DNA of 64,000 bases, taken from positions 42,900 through 106,899 of the forward strand of contig CASQXY010000004.1 in NCBI GenBank assembly GCA_949432885.1, in the 5' to 3' direction. This document shows positions 27,101 to 36,397 of the stretch, piece by piece; the stretch's first letter is position 1; every line of letters starts with the position of its first letter. The notes beneath the pieces were generated by a model. The model ran no database searches and was not told the DNA's origin. It was given only the letters and a program-made list of their open reading frames with translations. A program made the position numbers and the translations under genes. Source of the stretch: an uncultured bacterium (lineage in GTDB: Bacteria > Bacillota > Clostridia > Christensenellales > CAG-917).

Positions 27101-28300
27101 AGCGGAATGGAATTCCTTGCGATGGCGGTTTATACTCCGAGTTCGGGTATGATAACCGACGATTACAACCTGACGTACAGAGATATTTTCTACGGCAAAT
27201 GGAATTCGCCTCTCGGGCTCTCGCTGGATTTCAACGGAGACGGAGCATATCATTTCAGCGTTCCGCTTAACAGCGGCGAGTTTTGGACGACTGAGGGTAA
27301 GGTAACGGTAACGGAAAACGGAATGGATACGGTTGTGGATTATAACTATGACAGAAAGACCGCGACCGCAACCTTCACTTATAATGAGAAAGTGTATACG
27401 GTCACTAAAAACGGCGAAGATATCCGCGCGACGGTAAGCGACGGAAGCGTGCTTGATTTCAGAACTCCCGATATCATGAGCTATAACGATTGGCATGCGG
27501 TAGGTATCAAGAGGATTTCGTTCAACGGTCAGGGCAACGTTGACAACGGAAAGGTCGTTATGACGTTTGCGGACGGCACAAAGGAGACTTATTCGTACGC
27601 GTTTACAAATGAGGATACGACCGTTGAGATACTGAACGCTTCTTCCGAGGTCGTATATACGCTCGATGTCGAGAGCTTGGAACTTTCCAAAGCGGACGGC
27701 ACGGCGGTGGGCGTACTCGGCATATACAGCGATATTGTCGGCAAGGTATATACGGTTTACGGCACGGGAGCTACGCTCGACCTCACGGGGCTTCTCGATA
27801 AGGACGGCGCCGGCGCCGCTACGCTCAACGATATAAGCCTTAATCTGAGATATATTGACGGAATGCTGATGATGTTCGATTCGTCGGGAACTTTTGTCAG
27901 ATATTTGGTATATCACGACGAAAATACGATTTTGGTTGCGGATACAAGCGGCAAGCTCAATACGATTGCGTTCATACGCGACGAAGTTATGGGCACGTAT
28001 TATAACTCCGACGCAAGCACGATGCTTGTTTTCGACGGAGCGGCATTCAACGGATATATGGACGCCGAAGCGGTTTTGTGCGAGGTGGACGGCGAGGGAT
28101 TTGTACTCGCCGAGACGGAGTACGTCTACGTTTATCTTGACGGCGAGTACGTGCTTGGCGAGATGCAAAAGGCGGCGGATTCGGACGAGATTGTCTTCAA
28201 GCCTATCTATAAAGTAAGTTTCACCGCCGTTGCGGACGCGACAAAGTTTACGTCCGAGGACGGGGTAAAGAGCATATGGCTGGTTCCCGTCGAGGAATAA
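24152..28300 (+). CDS. Giant lipoprotein with a Listeria-Bacteroides repeat and multiple GLUG-type motifs (1382 aa)
   Basis: RBS aaggag. Lipobox FTLVAC. GYEFLYWAV...VTLVAVW is a Listeria-Bacteroides repeat. FDGKGHTLRNF is followed by repeated AAGIAAY / AAGIVGF / IGGIVGG / AGGIAGW / KGGIVGE motifs (GLUG pattern). The C-terminal roughly 850 aa have no recognisable motif. Confidence 0.8.
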   Translation: MKRASNRRGKIFIAALALMLCIISIFTLVACNPDSDPVVVYIFGDYEGAEPSVTRPIINGTIVEPETPVRDGYEFLYWAVLGQEDVPFDFSGKHDSVTLVAVWKPLEAGFVELHWQSKEECGAEFVFSGARPNRVERGTTVVFEVKASPFYTGTPVVYAGATALEKGADGKYSFVADAEFTVSVSGLTPDKTPMEGYGTEARPYIVTRPVHVQDIAKKVNDRSDTEYNEAYFELGADIDFDGETLMPIGNDLLYATMFSGSFDGKGHTLRNFELESGQTASALFGYTYLATIKNLNVVADLDIISPEEGLFAAGIAAYSFGSDITGCSFEGSINVSCDTNTNQTSVYAAGIVGFMQGEVGSTSDDSATATVSYSFVRANISSYGIYDATAIGGIVGGMSGNGILATVNVYNCFADAELEGIAMRAGGIAGWMRSLASIDNCYTKGIVSTTSKKSQGSQKGGIVGEAYNENSLTYCLSGVSGVSGNVSDRGYGIIGLIAAPDYVNIDDRETALIGNVYSLKDSVTKGQRTYSLGNFDDVLALMDWNSEEWKSIDGSILPDAKGSESVPLKATFVFKETYNEHDRATLTEMADNETVYGYIPISYVFSGDGLNTLTADNGTISYGFFLDEECTQRISSAFLLSGHDITVYVGFADYSTVAGEYFIRIGNNDVKLAFDNNGMMTMSTGGIRANYMYVYNGSYIVVHDAYFAYLGFEIKQGADAHVDFRIDKNSNGTLTIYDTVFFGEGCQKDAIVASEYNKLIGKWYTMGQTLVYTFYADGSGVLSNGNAFTYIVNGNSITITQGSTRISGMLSDDGRTISLSGGSTLSIDKYDEYSGTWESAFNNQLVISFDGVNTAKVGNRTYTYSIDDNGILISQELRAYFNDNKMLVLELDGVTTVLGREGSFIGEWKDSMLDYTMTLLGIDKDGYGVGYDSNGFTFTYSYNSSMESVPINMYVRETYFGYGTLSVAKKPSQEEIDKGKPDLSGMEFLAMAVYTPSSGMITDDYNLTYRDIFYGKWNSPLGLSLDFNGDGAYHFSVPLNSGEFWTTEGKVTVTENGMDTVVDYNYDRKTATATFTYNEKVYTVTKNGEDIRATVSDGSVLDFRTPDIMSYNDWHAVGIKRISFNGQGNVDNGKVVMTFADGTKETYSYAFTNEDTTVEILNASSEVVYTLDVESLELSKADGTAVGVLGIYSDIVGKVYTVYGTGATLDLTGLLDKDGAGAATLNDISLNLRYIDGMLMMFDSSGTFVRYLVYHDENTILVADTSGKLNTIAFIRDEVMGTYYNSDASTMLVFDGAAFNGYMDAEAVLCEVDGEGFVLAETEYVYVYLDGEYVLGEMQKAADSDEIVFKPIYKVSFTAVADATKFTSEDGVKSIWLVPVEE

Positions 28301-28369
28301 TTTACAGCATATTTCACTTAAACGCGCTTTGAGCTTTCAGGCGGGTTTATGACAAGCAGGAGATTTGTT

Positions 28370-31300
28370 ATGGAAAAAGAAAATTTATCTTCGGTCGCAG
28401 GCAATGAGCGCCGCGGCGGCAGAGCCAAGAGCCTCGTTATTGCCGTTGCCTTGGTCGTTATGCTTTCTCTGATACTGGGAATAACGCTGACCGCGTGCAA
28501 CGACACAGTAAAATGGACGGTTTCGTACACTGGCGAGGGTGTGACGACTCCCTCCGAAATCGTGATAAACGGCGGCACCGCCATGAAGCCCGCCAGCCCC
28601 ACCCGAGACGGTTATATGTTTACGGGTTGGCTGCTGAACGGAGTACCGTTTGATTTTTCTACGCCGATTACGGGCGATATCACGCTCACCGCCGGCTGGG
28701 AGGTTCTGTTGCCTTCCGCTATGACGGGAACGGGCATTAAGCAAGACCCATACGTGCTTTGGACGGCGAACGACCTTATCAATTTCTCGTCAAGGGTAAA
28801 CGCCGCGGAGGTAGAGGGCAACCGCAATTTCTATAACGCTTATTTTAAGCTGGGAACGGATATCGATATGAGCGGAATACGTTACACTCCGGCAGGCAGA
28901 ATATCCTCCTATGATAAGACCGTAATCGATCCCGAGACGGGCGAAGAAAGCGTGCAAACCGTAAATATTTTCGGATTTGAAGGCGTCTTTGACGGAAACG
29001 GACATAAGATATCCAATCTTTCGATAAATCAGAATCTCCGTCAGGGAACCTACTACGTAGGCTTCTTCGGCATAACCAATGAAGCGATTGTTTCCGACGT
29101 GACCTTTGAAAACATAAATTACGTCGTAGAATCCGGCGCGGATACGGACTCGATAGGCGCGAACGTAGGCGGCGTGGCGGGGGTCGCGTCCGATACCGTG
29201 CTGATGGGCGTGCACGTCACAGGTAAAATAGAAGCAAGGCTTTGCGCGACAAATTCCGGACATATAGGCGGACTTGCGGGCAGTTGGGAGATTGGCGGCG
29301 GAAAATATGCGTTTGCGGAAAACTGCTTTGCAAACGTCGAAATAACCCCCGGAAAATTCAGTGACGACGACGCCGCGGCGACTCCCGACAATGCTATATT
29401 CGGAGGACTTTTCGCGCGCGTTTACAATATGAGCTCGGCGGCTGCGATAATAAACAGCGCTTCGGCGGGCAAGACCGTAGGCGGAAACATATCGGGAGGA
29501 TTGGTCGGCTACGCCGCAGCTCCCGCGTTTTCAATAGTCAACTGCGTAAGCTCTATGACGGTGCAGGTCGGCTCTAAAACCGACAACACCTATGCGGGCG
29601 GCTTGCTTGGGTTTACTCGCTCAGACGTGCTGATTATGGATAGCCTGTATATCGGAACGGTCGTCGGGACAAAGCCCTCCGCTGCCGAGAAGGACGGTTA
29701 TGCCGGCGCGATTGTGGGATATTGCGAAGAGGACACCTATGATATAGAATACGAAGCGGGTATCGCGGTTGTAAACACCTATTATAAGGCGAACGTCTCT
29801 ACCTGCGACGTCAAAACCCAAAAGGGCATAAGCCTGCCCTCCAACGCAAATCCCGATATCACTTGGGCAAAAACCCAGCTCGGATGGGACGAGGCAATCT
29901 GGACGGGAACGGACAGCGTAAGATTTATTCCGACATCCGCCTACGCGGCGCAGATACACGAATCCTTTACGCTCACGCTCGACGGCGGGTCGTTTGTCGA
30001 AATGAGAGAAAGTCAATCCGGCGGAAAGGGAAGCTATGGATATGTCGGACTACTTGATAGACTTCCCGCCAGAAGCGATTATCATACGTTCTGGGACTGG
30101 GAGCTAGAAGACGGCGTAAGATACCGTTATTATATGCCTATCGTCAAGGATATAGAGCTTACCGCGAAGTGGTTCAGTACCGAATCCGTTGCGGGCTTGT
30201 ACACGGGAACGGCAACGTTGAACGAATCCATCGACGCAGGTATTTTGGAGCTTATGAGGGACGGCACTTTGCAGTGGGTGCAGTCGGGTACGCTTAACGG
30301 AACATACTCCACGGACGGAAACCATCTTATCATGCATATGTTCTCGGCGTCGTTGGGCGATATCGCTTGCACTATCGACGGAGAGGATTTGACCTTTAAG
30401 GTCAGTGCAGGAATGACCGGCGACGTAACGTATGAAATGAAAAAGTCCGATTTGAGGTATTTCGGAGAATACTACTCGGAAGACGGCGATATGCTCGGAT
30501 TTACGGGTGAAAGCGGACTTGTGCTGAACAGCTTCAAAATCAATTCCGAGAGCGTTAAGGGTACGTTTACGCTTGACCCCGACAATGACGAGTCGTTCAG
30601 CGTAAGCGGCGGAGCTTTGACGTCTTACTTCTCGTCTATGACGGTTGAGTACGTCAACGCGTGGACTATACGCGTGAACTTCGTAGGCAAGAATTCCTAT
30701 CCGTCTATAAACACTACGTTCAGCAAGCTCGGCGATCCCGACTATACGGGAAAGAAATTCGTGGGAAGGTGGACTGTTTCGTATGCGTCCAATTATGAGC
30801 CTTTCCGCTGCGATAAATATATCCTTACGCTGAATGCGGACGGAAGTGCGTCGGTGACGAGTCCGTTCAGCGAAACGGAAGGAAGATATTATGCGTTCGG
30901 CGACAAAATCAGACTGGATTACGACGGATATATCAGCATGCTGACATATTACGGAGAGCAGGACGTTCTGTTTGGAATTTACAATCGCGGCACCTCGTCA
31001 AAGCGCGATATGGTTTGCATACGCATCGAGGGAGATACGGACATAAAGGATTTGGATTTCCGTTGCTACGTCATCGACCCGAACACTTACGACTCCATCC
31101 ATACGTCAAACTATCCTTACGTTAAGACCGCGGTTTACAAGTACGGCGAAAAGGCGTTTTACGTTGAAAACGGCGAATTTAAGTCCGACGCGGTTATTAC
31201 GGGCAGCTTTGAAGATAACGGCACCGTTGTAATAAACGGTCAAAAGTATATTGTCGTCAAAAAAACAGACGGCAACGTCGAGGGTCGGTCTCTTGTCAGA

Positions 31301-32353
31301 ATGGGAGATGAAAACGGAATGTACAGCTATAAGGGCGGTTCACTCTCCTTAAACGGCATAGGCTACGGCTTACTGAACGGGGAGCCTGTAAGGTATTGGG
31401 TTTACGATACGCGCGTCGTAGTGCTCGCCGACAACGATGAAGTTTTCGCTTTCGACTATACGGCGGCTAAGGCAGCGGGCAATGCCGTCACCGCTCTCGA
31501 ACACGACGGCTATCAGGGCGTATGGTATTCGGACAAAGAGGCGACCGCAAGCTCCAAGGCAGAGAAAAAGTATTATAAACTTGTACTTGACGGCTTCGGA
31601 CACACCGCTACGTTCTATATCAAGGAAGGCGTCGGTTACAGCTTCAACTGGGGCGGCGGCTGGGGAACCTACGCAATCACTCCCGGCGGTGTAAGGACGA
31701 TGTTCAATGCTTCGCAGGTAGCGGATTTCTCATTCTATTACGATATGAAACTCGCGTATTCCAGAAGTTTCGTGTCCGAGAAAAAGCCCAGAAGCTTCTA
31801 TAAGAACGGATATACCGGCTCGCTCGAACCACCCGCGCTTCCTTTGAGTGCGGTCGGCAGATATACGGGAGAGGAGTCGGACGGCACGCAGGTGGTGTTC
31901 AATCTCCGCGAGGATTTGACGGGTTCTTACAAGGGCGCGGCGTATATAGCGGTATTTGACGGTGATAACATCGTGAGATTTACGATCGGCAGCGTACAGT
32001 ACGCGTTCAACATTACGACCAAGACGCTTGTCTACGGGTCGGAGAACGTGGCGCTTGCGCTCGGCGGAGAGGTTACGGAGGTCATTCCTTCGGCAATTTG
32101 CGGAGAGTATTCCGGTACTGTCGACGGATACGGCGGTTCGCGTCAGGTTACGTTGACTATTTCTACGGAGGGTGCGGTTGCATACGATACTATGACGTTT
32201 ACGGTGAGTTATGACATAACTTCAAACGTCATATCGGGAATTGTCGGCGACAACAGTATCACAATCAGGTACAACTCCGTTGACGGTACTATCACTGTAT
32301 ACGCTTCTATCGGCGGATATACGTACAACGGCACTATGACCAAGACTGCGTAA
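28370..32353 (+). CDS. Giant lipoprotein, paralog of 24152-28300 (Listeria-Bacteroides repeat plus GLUG motifs; about 1327 aa)
   Basis: I prefer the start at ATG 28370 (RBS aggag 28358-28362) over the ORF-track start at 28349. Lipobox LTLTAC. GYMFTGWLLNGVPFDF...LTAGW, then FDGNGHKISNL, then VGGVAGV / IGGLAGS / SGGLVGY / AGGLLGF motifs. Confidence 0.8.
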   Translation: MEKENLSSVAGNERRGGRAKSLVIAVALVVMLSLILGITLTACNDTVKWTVSYTGEGVTTPSEIVINGGTAMKPASPTRDGYMFTGWLLNGVPFDFSTPITGDITLTAGWEVLLPSAMTGTGIKQDPYVLWTANDLINFSSRVNAAEVEGNRNFYNAYFKLGTDIDMSGIRYTPAGRISSYDKTVIDPETGEESVQTVNIFGFEGVFDGNGHKISNLSINQNLRQGTYYVGFFGITNEAIVSDVTFENINYVVESGADTDSIGANVGGVAGVASDTVLMGVHVTGKIEARLCATNSGHIGGLAGSWEIGGGKYAFAENCFANVEITPGKFSDDDAAATPDNAIFGGLFARVYNMSSAAAIINSASAGKTVGGNISGGLVGYAAAPAFSIVNCVSSMTVQVGSKTDNTYAGGLLGFTRSDVLIMDSLYIGTVVGTKPSAAEKDGYAGAIVGYCEEDTYDIEYEAGIAVVNTYYKANVSTCDVKTQKGISLPSNANPDITWAKTQLGWDEAIWTGTDSVRFIPTSAYAAQIHESFTLTLDGGSFVEMRESQSGGKGSYGYVGLLDRLPARSDYHTFWDWELEDGVRYRYYMPIVKDIELTAKWFSTESVAGLYTGTATLNESIDAGILELMRDGTLQWVQSGTLNGTYSTDGNHLIMHMFSASLGDIACTIDGEDLTFKVSAGMTGDVTYEMKKSDLRYFGEYYSEDGDMLGFTGESGLVLNSFKINSESVKGTFTLDPDNDESFSVSGGALTSYFSSMTVEYVNAWTIRVNFVGKNSYPSINTTFSKLGDPDYTGKKFVGRWTVSYASNYEPFRCDKYILTLNADGSASVTSPFSETEGRYYAFGDKIRLDYDGYISMLTYYGEQDVLFGIYNRGTSSKRDMVCIRIEGDTDIKDLDFRCYVIDPNTYDSIHTSNYPYVKTAVYKYGEKAFYVENGEFKSDAVITGSFEDNGTVVINGQKYIVVKKTDGNVEGRSLVRMGDENGMYSYKGGSLSLNGIGYGLLNGEPVRYWVYDTRVVVLADNDEVFAFDYTAAKAAGNAVTALEHDGYQGVWYSDKEATASSKAEKKYYKLVLDGFGHTATFYIKEGVGYSFNWGGGWGTYAITPGGVRTMFNASQVADFSFYYDMKLAYSRSFVSEKKPRSFYKNGYTGSLEPPALPLSAVGRYTGEESDGTQVVFNLREDLTGSYKGAAYIAVFDGDNIVRFTIGSVQYAFNITTKTLVYGSENVALALGGEVTEVIPSAICGEYSGTVDGYGGSRQVTLTISTEGAVAYDTMTFTVSYDITSNVISGIVGDNSITIRYNSVDGTITVYASIGGYTYNGTMTKTA

Positions 32354-32372
32354 TAATCCTCTTTAACACACG

Positions 32373-32410
32373 AAAACGCTTTCTCGCAAGGGAAAGCGTT
32401 TTTAATTTTG
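32373..32410 (+). terminator. Intrinsic terminator after the second giant lipoprotein gene
   Basis: aacgctttc (32375-32383) pairs with gaaagcgtt (32392-32400), followed by tttaatttt. Confidence 0.75.
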
Positions 32411-32677
32411 CTAAATGCACAGACTATATGCGTGCGGGCGGAGCGATATACTGCCATAATGTATAATATTTGGCATAATTATAAGAGTTTTGCATTTTTA
32501 ATGGTATAAAAATACATAAATAGCTGCGTAAAAGTGTATGAATATGAAATTTATGCATAAAATGCAAAAAAAGTAGTAGACAACGTGGCAGAGCGGTGTT
32601 ATGATTGAACAAATATAATAGCGCCATCGTATATTGACGGTACGCCGTATCAGAATCAATTTTAAGGAGATATTTTC

Positions 32678-35600
32678 ATGAAAAAAAGGAACGTAATACT
32701 TTCGGTCGTGATGGTAGCGCTTGTGCTCGTTCTTGCAGTGAGCGTTTTGGTCGCGTGCAATCCCGACCCGCCTGCGACAGACCCGACGCCACCTCCCGCA
32801 ACCGAAACTAAGACCGTCACCTTCAAGGACGGAGAGACCGTTGTCGGGACTCCCGTTACCGTCAATAAAGGTACGGCGCTGACCGCGGAGCAAATCCCGA
32901 GCGCTCCTGATAAAGCAAATTACACATTCAACGGTTGGTATATAGGTCAGACCAAGGTCGAAGCGGGCTACGTTGTCAACGAGGATGTAACGGCTTTGGC
33001 GAATTATTCGGCTGTTCCTGTCAACCCCGTCGTCACTTTCACCGTCAACGGTTCTACCGTAAAGACAGCGGAAGTCGTTTCGGGCGAAAAGCTGGACGTG
33101 ACCCAGCTGCCATCCGACCCCGAGGTGCTCGGATATGATTTCGAGGGTTGGTTTAACGGGACCGCGCAGCTTGACGTTGCGGATATGCCCGTCATAACCC
33201 AAAGCGTAACCTATACCGCAAAGCTCACGAAAGTCGCCTATCTCGTCACGTTTGAGGAAGAGGGCTATGACGATATCGTTAAGGCTGTTCCGTATACAGA
33301 CGCCGTAATTCCCGCGGAATTTATTCCCGCGTTTCATGCTGTCGTCGGAAAAGTATTTTCGGGCTGGTATTCCGCCTCTGGAAGCGCCGTCGTTAAAGCG
33401 GAGGTAGGCACTGCTATCGCTTCCGACGTTACCTTTACCGCAAATTTCGTGGATATTAACAGCTTTCAGGGCGGCTGGATTAATACTACCGACAAAGTTA
33501 CCGTCGCCGTGGTAGGGACGAAAGTATACAGCACCGAAGGCGAATTGCAAGGAAATCTTGATTTCGAGCTTGACAATGAAACGGGCAATCTTGTATACAC
33601 GACAAGCGGTGATTACGGTTATACCATAAGCGTTGTGAACGACGTAATGACTTTCTCTCATTTTTATTATGACGCTATGGAAGATGGGGACATTAGAAAA
33701 ACCTATACTCTGACAAAAGGCGAGTCCGTTCCTTACAGCGGCACATATTGGAAAAATGACGATACAAAGCTCGTAATAATTGACGGCATAGTTACAAACT
33801 ATTCAAGTTTTATGAAATATGCGAGAATGTATCAGGACGGCAGCGCCTACAAATTGGAGTATTTCCACAATTCGTCGGCAGAGATTCCGACTATTGCCGA
33901 CGTGACGATAGACGAGAAGGGCAGCCTGATTATAACGAATGCAAACGACGCCACGCATAACGGAATGTTTGTAAAAGCCGAATCCGTGTACCGTTATGAT
34001 AACTATATTTCGGGTGTAGGAACCCACGTATTGATAGATTATACCGTGGCGGAAGGTCAGCACATATACGTATATCGCAATCCCGCCGAGGTCTACGCAT
34101 ATACGACAGTAACAGGAACGATTGAACAGGGCAATATTGTTACTATAATGATTGACGACGCGCAAAAAGAGATAAAAATAACAGAACCGTCGTCTTACTA
34201 CGGCAGATTTATATTTGCAGGCGAAGAAGCGGGAACTTATACGGGCATTATAGGTGGGCAGACCGTAACGATGGTACTCGACGGCTTCGGAAGCATTACC
34301 GGCTCTATTGTCGAAGACGCAACCGACCAGACTTATATCGTAATTGAGGGCACAATTATTTGCGGCGATACGGGTATCACTGTGAATAAGGACGATATGA
34401 CCTTTACGTTGGCAGAGGCTATTGACGGCGGAATAAGCGGTGAGTTTACCTATCGTTCAAATGGCAAATATGTCGCTACGTTCTATGACTTCGGAATTGT
34501 GGTTCTCAATTACAATAACGGAAGCTCCGTCTATTCAGGTGAATACACTGCAAACAGCGGAAAAGTCACCGTAAGCAATGTCAACTACTATATCGACGGA
34601 ACTTGGACGGTCGAAGAGTTGGGTAAGGTGCTTGTAAACGGTGATAAGATATATGTTCAGGACGGCGCGGATATCAATTCTCACGAGGAGGACTTTGCGG
34701 GCTGGTGGAAGGATACGAGCGACAACTACGTCAGCATAAATACGGCGACGAAGAAAGTCAACTACAATGATACGGCTTACACCTACAAGGCGAATTACAA
34801 CGGAACGGTGCTTACGTTCCAAGCGAAAGAAAACTGCGATAATTGGCCGAGCGTAGAGCGTGATTATACTGTCACTGTTTCGGGAGATACTCTTACGATT
34901 TCGCACCAGTGCGGAGCCGATGACGGCGACGGCGGCGTAGAGCTCAGCACCGTTACTAAGACGTATACCAAGACCGCGGAGCCTGTCGTAGAGCTTGACG
35001 CTTTCGAGGGTAAGTGGACGAAGGCTTCCGGTTATATGTTCGATGCGATGATATTCAACGGAAAGGGTACTGTAAATCTCGGCAATAAATATGTCGCATA
35101 TACTATTGACGGGGGGGCAGCTAAGTTTACGGCCGATTCTAGAAATTATACCGCGACGATTTCCGGAAGTACGCTCACTCTTTCATATTATGATGACGAA
35201 GCTTTTTGTGACGTTACCGCTAAGTATTCCAAGGCCGAAAAGGACGCGTTCGCAGGCGATTGGATTAATGAGAGCGAAAGCGATAACTTCTATCAATATG
35301 CGTTTTCTTTCGACGGCTACGGTACGCTTACGGTAAGCAGCTCGAAGTATCCTACAAGCAGTTATTATAACGGCACGCACGCTTACACGATATCTAACAA
35401 TACTATCACGATAAACAATTTCCTCAGCTATAACTGGACGTTCACCCTTAACGACGACGGAACTATAACGATTGCGTGCACCGATTCGGACACTTTCGCC
35501 GGCCCGTTGAACGGCAAAACGATCACTAAGGTCGGCGGCACTCAAGCTCCCGCGTCGGACGCTTTTGCCGGAACATATAAATCCGGCGGAAACACAATCG

Positions 35601-35803
35601 TTTTCAACGGTGACGGAACGGGTAAGTATAACGACACATATGATTTCACGTATACTATCAGCGGCAACGTAGCTAATCTCAGCAATTTTGCGGCATATGA
35701 CGACGATGCGAATACAGCTACGTTAAGTGGAACTAGTCTGTCGGTGCATTTATCCGGAGGTTATGGTGACAACGTGTATAATGCTACGTTTACGAAACAA
35801 TAA
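32678..35803 (+). CDS. Giant lipoprotein with at least three tandem Listeria-Bacteroides repeats (1041 aa)
   Basis: RBS aaggag. Lipobox VLVAC, followed by a Pro/Thr linker. Three units are VTFKDGETVV...YTFNGWY, FTVNGSTVKT...YDFEGWF and VTFEEEGYDD...VFSGWY. The rest is rich in Thr, Gly, Tyr and Asn with no motif I recognise. Confidence 0.8.
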   Translation: MKKRNVILSVVMVALVLVLAVSVLVACNPDPPATDPTPPPATETKTVTFKDGETVVGTPVTVNKGTALTAEQIPSAPDKANYTFNGWYIGQTKVEAGYVVNEDVTALANYSAVPVNPVVTFTVNGSTVKTAEVVSGEKLDVTQLPSDPEVLGYDFEGWFNGTAQLDVADMPVITQSVTYTAKLTKVAYLVTFEEEGYDDIVKAVPYTDAVIPAEFIPAFHAVVGKVFSGWYSASGSAVVKAEVGTAIASDVTFTANFVDINSFQGGWINTTDKVTVAVVGTKVYSTEGELQGNLDFELDNETGNLVYTTSGDYGYTISVVNDVMTFSHFYYDAMEDGDIRKTYTLTKGESVPYSGTYWKNDDTKLVIIDGIVTNYSSFMKYARMYQDGSAYKLEYFHNSSAEIPTIADVTIDEKGSLIITNANDATHNGMFVKAESVYRYDNYISGVGTHVLIDYTVAEGQHIYVYRNPAEVYAYTTVTGTIEQGNIVTIMIDDAQKEIKITEPSSYYGRFIFAGEEAGTYTGIIGGQTVTMVLDGFGSITGSIVEDATDQTYIVIEGTIICGDTGITVNKDDMTFTLAEAIDGGISGEFTYRSNGKYVATFYDFGIVVLNYNNGSSVYSGEYTANSGKVTVSNVNYYIDGTWTVEELGKVLVNGDKIYVQDGADINSHEEDFAGWWKDTSDNYVSINTATKKVNYNDTAYTYKANYNGTVLTFQAKENCDNWPSVERDYTVTVSGDTLTISHQCGADDGDGGVELSTVTKTYTKTAEPVVELDAFEGKWTKASGYMFDAMIFNGKGTVNLGNKYVAYTIDGGAAKFTADSRNYTATISGSTLTLSYYDDEAFCDVTAKYSKAEKDAFAGDWINESESDNFYQYAFSFDGYGTLTVSSSKYPTSSYYNGTHAYTISNNTITINNFLSYNWTFTLNDDGTITIACTDSDTFAGPLNGKTITKVGGTQAPASDAFAGTYKSGGNTIVFNGDGTGKYNDTYDFTYTISGNVANLSNFAAYDDDANTATLSGTSLSVHLSGGYGDNVYNATFTKQ

Positions 35804-35825
35804 TACGTTTCAGTGAAGCGATACG

Positions 35826-35856
35826 AAATGCGCACTCGTTTGAGTGCGCATTTTTT
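35826..35856. terminator. Strong intrinsic terminator (usable from both convergent directions)
   Basis: aaatgcgcactc (35826-35837), gttt loop, gagtgcgcattt (35842-35853), followed by a T-run. Confidence 0.85.
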
Positions 35857-36111
35857 GTCTTAAATGTAGATTAAAATATCCGCTTAAAAACCAACTGATC
35901 AAAAAGTGTAAATTTACTTCGCGCTTTTTGTGCTTTACCTGTTAAATTTAATTTTACAAAATGATGGAATTCACTTCCATCATTTTGTACCGTATGAGTT
36001 CGCGCTTATAGCAAAACTCAGCGCGCATAGGTTGCTTAATTCAATCACATGCTTATTGCGCGATGATTTTGCGTGCCGTAGCGTAGCAAGGCATAACGTT
36101 TTGCGCGACAT

Positions 36112-36387
36112 CTACCTCAGCCACAGCCACATCACCACAATCACCACCGCAAACGCGACGACGGCAATCATCAGTCTCGGAAGCATAACGGCAAGACCGG
36201 CGCGCACGATTGCGCGACGTTCCTTTTTGGAGTACATTTCCTTGTGCATTTTGCGCTCCTCCTTTGAGGGGCGTTTTTTGCGGTTCATGTACGCCATTCT
36301 GCGATACTTCGGAAGCTCGTCCCCGTTCATAGGGGCGATGACTACGCCCGTATCCCAATCGTCATTATGCCTGTCTTTCTTTGCCAT
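36112..36387 (-). CDS. Small basic membrane protein (91 aa), function unknown
   Basis: It starts 10 nt after the pmbA stop on the same strand. It has a Lys/Arg-rich N-terminal half and one C-terminal TM helix (LAVMLPRLMIAVVAFAVVIVVMWLWL). Confidence 0.5.
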   Translation of the reverse strand: MAKKDRHNDDWDTGVVIAPMNGDELPKYRRMAYMNRKKRPSKEERKMHKEMYSKKERRAIVRAGLAVMLPRLMIAVVAFAVVIVVMWLWLR

Positions 36388-36397
36388 TGCCTGCCGC

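Noticed and set aside
24065-28168. Long minus-strand ORFs of 486 aa and 516 aa (24065-25525, 26618-28168)
   Set aside because: They are antisense to the first giant lipoprotein gene. The composition is Arg/Ile/Val-rich nonsense-like, and they have no start context or motifs.
32498-33661. A 387-aa minus-strand ORF
   Set aside because: It is antisense to the third giant lipoprotein gene and runs into its promoter region. It has no motifs and implausible composition.
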